Below, piece by piece: positions 1 to 5,192 of a stretch of DNA of 8,947 nt. The notes under the pieces are model-generated. The model was given only the letters and a program-made list of their open reading frames with translations, was not told where the DNA came from and made no database searches. The translations under genes and the position numbers were made by a program. Source of the DNA: a virus (Duplodnaviria > Heunggongvirae > Uroviricota > Caudoviricetes); IMG/VR virus record IMGVR_UViG_2698536443_000011, positions 1 through 8,947 of that record; one strand, 5' to 3'. Position 1 is the first letter of the stretch. Every line of letters starts with the position of its first letter.

Positions 1-28
1 TGACTAGTCTAAAAACTAGTATTAAGAC

Positions 29-48
29 TATCACTTATTTAAGTGATA
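29..48. promoter_or_regulatory. Perfect 8-bp inverted repeat with 4-bp spacer downstream of the fiber gene (operator-like or weak hairpin)
   Basis: tatcactt-attt-aagtgata at 29-48, 17 nt past the fiber stop. A second AT-rich palindrome lies nearby (actagt at 3-8 and 15-20). No U-tract. Confidence 0.3.
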
Positions 49-64
49 CTGGTTGTCTGGAGAT

Positions 65-1324
65 TCAGGGGGCCAGTCTAACCTGATCATATGCCGTAAC
101 GTTGTAACCATTACCACCATGAATACGGAAAAACACACTACGCCCGTTTTGTGGAATTGTTGCGGTTGCCAATTTGAAATATGCAGATACGTTTTCGCTA
201 GAATTGGGAACAGACATAACGACGTTTTTAACAAACATCTTATCAACTTCGGCTTTGGTGTATGCACCAATCTCGCCAGGAGTCGGCTTATCACCTTCGT
301 GATACATCTTATAGCTAAAGTTCTTCTGTCCTTCTCTATCAAAACCATAGGTTTCAACACGAGATCCACCAGACGCATAACGGAAAGTAAATCCGCGACC
401 GTGCGCTTTACCGGCAGAATGAGGAACGTTAAGAGTTAGATCCATGAGTCCATCTTGACCATTGGTACGGAAAGCACCAAAGTAGTTAAGATCTCTCGCT
501 GTCTGGTCTTCCAAATAGTTAGCTGTCTTGCTTAACAGATACCCACCATGCTTAGTATTGGTATTCTTCTTGATGTAAGCAGCATCGGCACTACCTTCAA
601 TAGAATCAATTCGCTGGTTAGCTGCGGCAATTGCGGCATCGGCACTGGCCTTGTTATTTGCAACAGTTCTTTCAATGGCTGTCTTATTCGCAGAGACCGT
701 ACTAGTAAGATTGGTGATCTTCGTGTCCGCATCTTTCTTATTATCCGCTACCGTCTTTTCTATTGCTGATTTATTTGCTGCGACAGTATTCGTTAAGTTG
801 GTAACGTTGGTATTAGTCTGATCAACTCGCGCATTAATATCTGTCTTGTTCTTGTTAATTGTCGCGTTGATAGTATCGCGGGTTGAAGTAATAGTCTGAT
901 TCAGTTCAGTCTTAGCAGCCGCCAGAGCGTTAGCAGCTTCGGTTTTATTGTTACCTACTGTGGTAGTCAAAGCATCAATTCGTTTGTTGGCTGCGGTATC
1001 GCCAGCAGTGATTGAAGCATTGAGGGTATCACGGGTAGAAGTGATAGTCTGATTAAGTTCAGCTTTAGCACTAGCCAGATTATCAGCAGCTTCTTTCTTA
1101 TTTGCTGCAATAACCTTATCTGTGTTGGCCTTGTTGGTGTCTACTTTCGTATTCAGTTCAGCGTGTTTTTCTGGAGAAACACTAATTTGGACTACGTTAT
1201 TATTTTTGTCTTTGGTGTAAATCACATGATCCGCCAGTTGTAAGGCGATCTCACCCTGTGATAATTGTTCCGGCGTTGGTTTTTTACCAGCCGTTTGTGT
1301 GCGTTTAAATTGGATCGACTGCAT
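65..1324 (-). CDS. Tail fiber-like protein with a degenerate-repeat shaft and a C-terminal globular (receptor-binding-like) domain
   Basis: 419-aa ORF with SD AGTGAGGTGATTCG-ATG. The central ~250 aa is built from short degenerate repeats with a T-V/I-x-x-N-K-x-x-A core, including two near-identical ~26-aa copies (SAKAELNQTITSTRDTLNASI / AAKTELNQTITSTRDTINATI) 51 aa apart. KPTPxEIGA-type motifs occur at the N-terminus (KKPTPEQLSQGEIA) and C-terminal domain (GDKPTPGEIGAYTKAE). The C-terminus is rich in Gly/Tyr/Phe/Asn, as in receptor-binding tips. Stop TGA at 65-67. Confidence 0.6.
   Translation of the reverse strand: MQSIQFKRTQTAGKKPTPEQLSQGEIALQLADHVIYTKDKNNNVVQISVSPEKHAELNTKVDTNKANTDKVIAANKKEAADNLASAKAELNQTITSTRDTLNASITAGDTAANKRIDALTTTVGNNKTEAANALAAAKTELNQTITSTRDTINATINKNKTDINARVDQTNTNVTNLTNTVAANKSAIEKTVADNKKDADTKITNLTSTVSANKTAIERTVANNKASADAAIAAANQRIDSIEGSADAAYIKKNTNTKHGGYLLSKTANYLEDQTARDLNYFGAFRTNGQDGLMDLTLNVPHSAGKAHGRGFTFRYASGGSRVETYGFDREGQKNFSYKMYHEGDKPTPGEIGAYTKAEVDKMFVKNVVMSVPNSSENVSAYFKLATATIPQNGRSVFFRIHGGNGYNVTAYDQVRLAP
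870..1095 (-). repeat. In-frame degenerate direct repeat inside the fiber gene (period 153 bp = 51 aa), within a wider field of shorter degenerate repeats (~600-1150)
   Basis: Plus-strand segments around 871-940 and 1024-1093 are near-identical (for example agtctgat at 893-900 and at 1046-1053), encoding the two ELNQTITSTRDT(L/I)NA(S/T)I copies. A second pair, TNLTNTVAANKSAIEKTV / TNLTSTVSANKTAIERTV, is spaced 29 aa apart. Confidence 0.6.
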
Positions 1325-1337
1325 CGAATCACCTCAC

Positions 1338-1371
1338 TATAAAACAGGAATAAGGGAGGCGTTAACCTCCC
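1338..1371 (-). terminator. Probable intrinsic terminator between the tube (V-like) and fiber genes
   Basis: Minus-strand RNA reads GGGAGGU-UAAC-GCCUCCC (7-bp stem including one G-U pair, same UAAC tetraloop as the capsid terminator) followed by the U-rich but interrupted tract UUAUUCCUGUUUUAUA. Confidence 0.45.
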
Positions 1372-1403
1372 AGCGTTCATGTTTTATTTAGGTAGGAGAA
1401 TCC

Positions 1404-2237
1404 TTAGTATTCGCCGAAATCGATCCGGTCAGTCTTAGCCACTGCGCCAATTTCGCTAGGTGTCGGTTTCTCATTGGTGGAATATACCTTGATCCATTCA
1501 GAGCGACCGTTTTCCTGAATATTTCGGACGCGTAAACGTGGTGCGCCAGAAGTATTACAGGTTAATTGCCATGCGCCATGCTCATTAGCTTGAAGGTGAA
1601 TTAATGATGTGTCGGCTGAATATGGATTACCGCTAGCAGTTCCCTTGTAAGTTACGAAACGGTTTCCGGCTAAAGCATCACTATCAATCGGACCTGTGAA
1701 TGGATGTACACCTGCACCTACGCCATAATCCCCGCGACGGAGAAGACGACCCTCCGTTGCAATACCGCGATCCAAAATCCCGCCATCTGGTTCAAGTTTA
1801 AATTCCAGTGTTACAGCTTTGTTATCACTACCACGGGTTTTGTGTGATGTGACGTAAGCATCATAGATGACATAGTAACCAGTGTTAGCAGCACTATAGC
1901 CAGAGTTCACAACATAGAACATACGGAAGCGTAAAGGTGTTTTATCCTCTACCGCTTTCATCAACATTGCTTGATGTTCGTCATCCAGAACACGGTTTAA
2001 CGTGAGTGTTGTCGGTTCCAGTCTACGATAACCAGCAAGTTTCCCCGTAGCGTCCTGATCGTACTCTTCCAGAGTTTCAATCTCTGTGGATTCTGTTAGC
2101 GTAGGGAATGCTGCGACGTTCTCAATAGAACTAAAGCTAGGATCGAAAAAGTCCGGCTGGCTATCGACCATAGTAGAAACGGAGACTTCAACATGCGACC
2201 CCGTAAAAATATCTAAGTTATCATGCGTAATATTCAT
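1404..2237 (-). CDS. Major tail tube protein (lambda gpV-like N-terminal domain) with a C-terminal fiber-like module in place of the usual Ig-like domain
   Basis: 277-aa ORF in the V position after the FII-like and U-like genes. The core EEYDQD...TLTLNRVLDDEHQAMLMKAVEDKTPLRFRMFYVV...VTLEFKLEPDG has the same layout as lambda gpV YDDSYLDDED...[33 protein letters not shown] (from memory). The C-terminal ~55 aa (...SGAPRLRVRNIQENGRSEWIKVYSTNEKPTPSEIGAVAKTD) is homologous to a module in the downstream fiber protein. SD TAAGGGGTAATA-ATG. An intrinsic terminator follows. Confidence 0.5.
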   Translation of the reverse strand: MNITHDNLDIFTGSHVEVSVSTMVDSQPDFFDPSFSSIENVAAFPTLTESTEIETLEEYDQDATGKLAGYRRLEPTTLTLNRVLDDEHQAMLMKAVEDKTPLRFRMFYVVNSGYSAANTGYYVIYDAYVTSHKTRGSDNKAVTLEFKLEPDGGILDRGIATEGRLLRRGDYGVGAGVHPFTGPIDSDALAGNRFVTYKGTASGNPYSADTSLIHLQANEHGAWQLTCNTSGAPRLRVRNIQENGRSEWIKVYSTNEKPTPSEIGAVAKTDRIDFGEY

Positions 2238-2246
2238 TATTACCCC

Positions 2247-2669
2247 TTAAAAACGCGCTAGATAAGAAAATTTAAGGCTAAGTGTCCCAACGATACCACC
2301 ATCACTAGAATCATCGTCATAATCGGTATTAGAGGCTACTGGAGTGATATCTGAAATTGAGAAGCCCAAATCTTTAAAACGTGGGTTATCCGGCTGAATC
2401 TGGATTATCTGGCAAATACCCTCATGGATTTTTGTTTCATGAATCTGAGAATATAATTGCATTTCGATAACGCATTCAGCTTGCATTGCATTACCACCAC
2501 GGACCCTAGTGTAAGTCTCATTCATGCCAGTAATCCAACAAACCACGTCATCACTAAAACCTTGCTGAGCTTGTTCTACGTTTAAAGCCAGACCTAAATC
2601 TTGTTCGATAATATCTTGCAAGGCGCGTTTGATTTTCAGTCTCGGCATATTATTAACGGTAGCGAGCAT
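2247..2669 (-). CDS. Tail terminator / head-tail connector protein, lambda gpU-like
   Basis: 140-aa ORF. The C-terminus NTDYDDDSSDGGIVGTLSLKFSYLARF resembles the lambda gpU C-terminus GYDYRRDDDAGLWSSADLTYVITYEM (from memory). SD AGGGGGTACAC-ATG. Its TAA stop is embedded in the SD of the next gene. Confidence 0.45.
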   Translation of the reverse strand: MLATVNNMPRLKIKRALQDIIEQDLGLALNVEQAQQGFSDDVVCWITGMNETYTRVRGGNAMQAECVIEMQLYSQIHETKIHEGICQIIQIQPDNPRFKDLGFSISDITPVASNTDYDDDSSDGGIVGTLSLKFSYLARF

Positions 2670-2943
2670 GTGTACCCCCTGCTAAAGTGATAAAGCAATC
2701 ACAAGTATTGTCACCATTGCGCTTAACGTATTGAACTTTGAAACGCTGGTTTTCTACTGTGACAATATCACCTTGCTTTAAGTCTCCCTCACGACAGAAT
2801 AGAAATTCTGTTTCTGTCATTACCCCCGATTCGTCGGTAGTAGTAATTTCATGATAAGCACGAATTGATTTACCACCTTCCACCGAAAATACAGGAGCAC
2901 TTCGGAACATTCTTGATAATTGTGATTCTGATAATTTGAACAT
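2653..2943 (-). CDS. Head-tail joining protein, lambda gpFII-like
   Basis: 96-aa ORF. LFCREGDLKQGDIVTVENQRFKVQYVKRNGDNTCDCFITL parallels lambda FII LFVRTDEVRQLRRGDTLTIGEENFWVDRVSPDDGGSCHLWL (from memory). SD TAAAGGGGGTAACT-ATG. Its 3' end overlaps the next gene by 17 nt. Confidence 0.55.
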   Translation of the reverse strand: MFKLSESQLSRMFRSAPVFSVEGGKSIRAYHEITTTDESGVMTETEFLFCREGDLKQGDIVTVENQRFKVQYVKRNGDNTCDCFITLAGGTHARYR

Positions 2944-2971
2944 AGTTACCCCCTTTATGGAGTATTTACAT

Positions 2972-3000
2972 ACAAAAAAGCCCCACCGTTAGGCAGGGCT
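2972..3000 (-). terminator. Rho-independent terminator downstream of the capsid gene
   Basis: Minus-strand RNA reads AGCCCUGCC-UAAC-GGUGGGGCU followed by UUUUUUGU: a 9-bp stem with two G-U pairs, a UAAC tetraloop and a U-tract. It lies directly after the TAA that closes the in-frame extension of the capsid ORF. Confidence 0.7.
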
Positions 3001-3091
3001 AATTATTATTCTTTAGTTTTACGCTGTTTTTTAGCTGTGGCTTTCGCCTTAACCGTCTGGGATTCTTCTTCCGGTTCAGGAATCAGATTTT

Positions 3092-3112
3092 CTTCCCCCA
3101 AATCGGGGGAAG
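3092..3112 (-). promoter_or_regulatory. Perfect GC-rich hairpin 23 nt downstream of the capsid UGA stop; no U-tract
   Basis: Plus strand cttccccc-aaatc-gggggaag: 8-bp perfect stem with a 5-nt loop. The flanks on both strands lack a U-tract, so it is not a canonical terminator. Confidence 0.4.
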
Positions 3113-3134
3113 GTTCAGATGGTTCTACAGGAGT

Positions 3135-5147
3135 TCATTCAGCGGAGATGTGAAGAACTTTCAGAGCTTCCGGCTGAGTAACAACATAATCCAGGTCTAC
3201 CCAGATTCGCGGAACGATAGCAGACTGTGCGCGGTAGGTAGTGTCGTCCATATCCAGTTCCAGACCGCCCCACTCACCAATGGTGATACCGTCGAACGCG
3301 CCCAGAACGATGTGGTCTGCCGGGATAACACCAGAAGTAACTACTTCGTAACCAGCCAGTTTGCCGTTTTCGATGATATAACCGGAAACGCCGTTATCTT
3401 TCAGGGTAGATTCCAGTTCAGCAGCAGTTGCACCGCTCATCGCAAACTTGATCGCCTGAGCAGGAACGCCAGCGTCGGTCAGTGCTGCAATTTCTTTCAG
3501 GAAGTCTTTGTAAGAGAAAGCGGCTTTCTTAGTAACGCGACCCGCGTCTACCAGTTGCTTAACCAGACCAGCCGGACCACGGTCGTTAGCTTTATCAGAC
3601 AGAATCAGTTGTTCCAGTTTGATGCGAACAGCTTTGTTAATGTGATCAGTGATCAGGGTAGCGATGCCGGGAACTTGCTTTATGCTAGCTCTGCTGATCG
3701 GATTCCCACCAGCGAACGTCTTAGGAGCCATTTTCACGTTTGCAAATTCAGCTTTACCTTCCGGTGCAGCACCGTTTTCATCAACGAAGCCGAAAGCGTC
3801 AACGCTGGAAGCGGTCATTTTTGGTACTGCGATCGGGGAAGTCAGGCCAGACAGAACGGTTACACCGAGGCGGCCTAAAACACTCTGAGGCAACAGCATT
3901 TCGATGTAGGATTCAGTCAGCAGTTTTTCATCAGTAACAGCGGTCAGAGTAGCTTTGGTGTTACCTTCGGAAGCAGCACGCAGAGCAGCAGCCGGAACGA
4001 ATACAGAGCCACCACGAGCAGCACGACCACGCTGCATAGTTGCAGTAGCAGCCATTGCGGAATATTCAGCTTCGTTAGCACCCAGAGCAGCACCATCTAC
4101 CAGAGAGCGAATTACGTTGTTCAGGTCAAAGATTTTTTCCATTTTAGAGTCCTTAATTTGTTGTTCGTTATTACGTTGAGCATTGGTAATGTTATTTAGT
4201 GCCTTAGTGCGGAATGCTTCCGGCGTAATTCCTTTATTTGCCAATGCGCGTTTAAATTCTTCATCGTCTTCGTTAATATTTAGCTCGCGTGCAATTTCGC
4301 GAATTTCTAATTCGTCTTCTTCGGAACGTTCAGCCACTTCTTCGATTTTTTCTTCTTCAACCGGAGCGGCTTCACGTTCTTCTTTTACTTCTTCTGTTTC
4401 CCGAACAGTTGAACTATCATCATCAACACTTTCAGGATGTTCAGCGTCTTTTCCGTCTTCGAGATTTTCATCTTCTTTATTCTCTTCAACTTGGCGCTCT
4501 TGAGTTTCTTCTACTTCCGATTCTTTATTTTCTTCTACCGGAGTTTCTTCAACCTGAGCGGCTTCTTGTTCTTCTTTGATTTCTTCGATTTGTTCTTTAG
4601 TCATATCGTGTTTAGCCTCCAAATTAACTGTGATAGTATTTAGAGAGCGATTTAAACCGACCGTATCGTCTGCGGGAACGGTGACAAATGAGAGTTCATA
4701 GGGTGCCCACTTAGTAACAATCAATTGTCCTTTGGTGTAGTCGATGTGATATTCTTTAATGTCATAACCGACAGAAATTTTTTCCATCGTACCTTCAATG
4801 ACTTTATTACGAATATCATTAGCCAAAGTGCCATGCTTAGAGAATTTAACCAGAGCACGGCCTACGTTATCCGCATCGATTCGAGCGTCGCAGACTACAC
4901 CTAAATGATTATCGAAATTATGATTGAACAGCAACGGAGCGTTATTATTCAGACGAGACAGATCAACCGCTTCCGGTGTATGTACCAGAATTTCATCTAA
5001 TACCACCATTTCTTGATTTTGCTCATCCCAGAATTGGCGCTGATAAGGCTGTTCACTGGAGAAAGCAATTTCAAATTCGTATTGATCGTTATGCCCTTCG
5101 TTAATAACTCCACCGTAACCGTTAAGTTCGCGGCGAAATTTAAGCAT
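3135..5147 (-). CDS. Tripartite head protein: N-terminal prohead serine protease domain (HK97 gp4/S78-like), Glu-rich scaffold-like linker, C-terminal HK97-fold major capsid protein
   Basis: Residues 1-170 carry protease-like motifs (NHNFDNHLGVV..., MEKISVGYD with a candidate catalytic Ser, ELSFVTVPADD resembling the HK97 protease C-terminal motif). Residues ~175-300 are extremely acidic (EEIKEEQEAAQVEETPVEENKESEVEE...). Residues ~330-670 are Ala/Gly/Thr-rich and capsid-like. SD AAGGTGATTAA-ATG at 5147. Stop TGA at 3135-3137, followed 135 nt later by a strong intrinsic terminator. Same architecture as the tripartite capsid gene described for Salmonella phage Gifsy-2. Confidence 0.8.
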   Translation of the reverse strand: MLKFRRELNGYGGVINEGHNDQYEFEIAFSSEQPYQRQFWDEQNQEMVVLDEILVHTPEAVDLSRLNNNAPLLFNHNFDNHLGVVCDARIDADNVGRALVKFSKHGTLANDIRNKVIEGTMEKISVGYDIKEYHIDYTKGQLIVTKWAPYELSFVTVPADDTVGLNRSLNTITVNLEAKHDMTKEQIEEIKEEQEAAQVEETPVEENKESEVEETQERQVEENKEDENLEDGKDAEHPESVDDDSSTVRETEEVKEEREAAPVEEEKIEEVAERSEEDELEIREIARELNINEDDEEFKRALANKGITPEAFRTKALNNITNAQRNNEQQIKDSKMEKIFDLNNVIRSLVDGAALGANEAEYSAMAATATMQRGRAARGGSVFVPAAALRAASEGNTKATLTAVTDEKLLTESYIEMLLPQSVLGRLGVTVLSGLTSPIAVPKMTASSVDAFGFVDENGAAPEGKAEFANVKMAPKTFAGGNPISRASIKQVPGIATLITDHINKAVRIKLEQLILSDKANDRGPAGLVKQLVDAGRVTKKAAFSYKDFLKEIAALTDAGVPAQAIKFAMSGATAAELESTLKDNGVSGYIIENGKLAGYEVVTSGVIPADHIVLGAFDGITIGEWGGLELDMDDTTYRAQSAIVPRIWVDLDYVVTQPEALKVLHISAE

Positions 5148-5167
5148 TTAATCACCTTTAATTGATT

Positions 5168-5184
5168 GGGGGCATTGCGCCCCC
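5168..5184 (-). promoter_or_regulatory. GC hairpin in the portal-capsid intergenic spacer, just upstream of the capsid SD
   Basis: Plus strand gggggc-attgc-gccccc: 6-bp GC stem with a 5-nt loop. It sits between the portal stop (5193) and the capsid SD (about 5152-5158). No U-tract follows on the minus strand. Confidence 0.35.
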
Positions 5185-5192
5185 GTTGGTTA

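Noticed and set aside
31-378. 115-aa minus-strand ORF in an alternative frame
   Set aside because: Overlaps the 3' part of the 419-aa fiber ORF in another frame and runs through its stop. No independent start signal. The longer fiber ORF explains the region.
53-439. 128-aa plus-strand ORF
   Set aside because: Lies entirely antisense to the fiber gene, has no SD, and sits in a window where every supported gene is on the minus strand. Judged an antisense artefact.
532-769. Short ORFs 532-732 (-) and 548-769 (+) inside the fiber gene
   Set aside because: Alternative-frame or antisense ORFs within the fiber repeat region. No start signals, and the translations are not protein-like.
65-1324. 419-aa protein as a short tape-measure protein
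   Set aside because: Considered because it follows the tube gene and has a repetitive central region. The C-terminal ~150 aa is Gly/Tyr/Phe-rich and globular-looking with fiber-type KPTPxEIGA motifs, and there is no G/GT chaperone upstream. A fiber call fits better.
4250-4625. CRISPR array or tandem DNA repeat in the gaa-rich region
   Set aside because: The periodicity is codon-level low complexity inside an open reading frame. There are no regular repeat-spacer units.
3150-4643. Cluster of plus-strand ORFs (3150-3878, 3649-3888, 3740-3937, 3955-4179, 4183-4503, 4289-4579, 4437-4643)
   Set aside because: All are antisense to the capsid fusion gene. Several have low-complexity F/L/S/R-rich translations produced by the complement of the Glu-rich linker.
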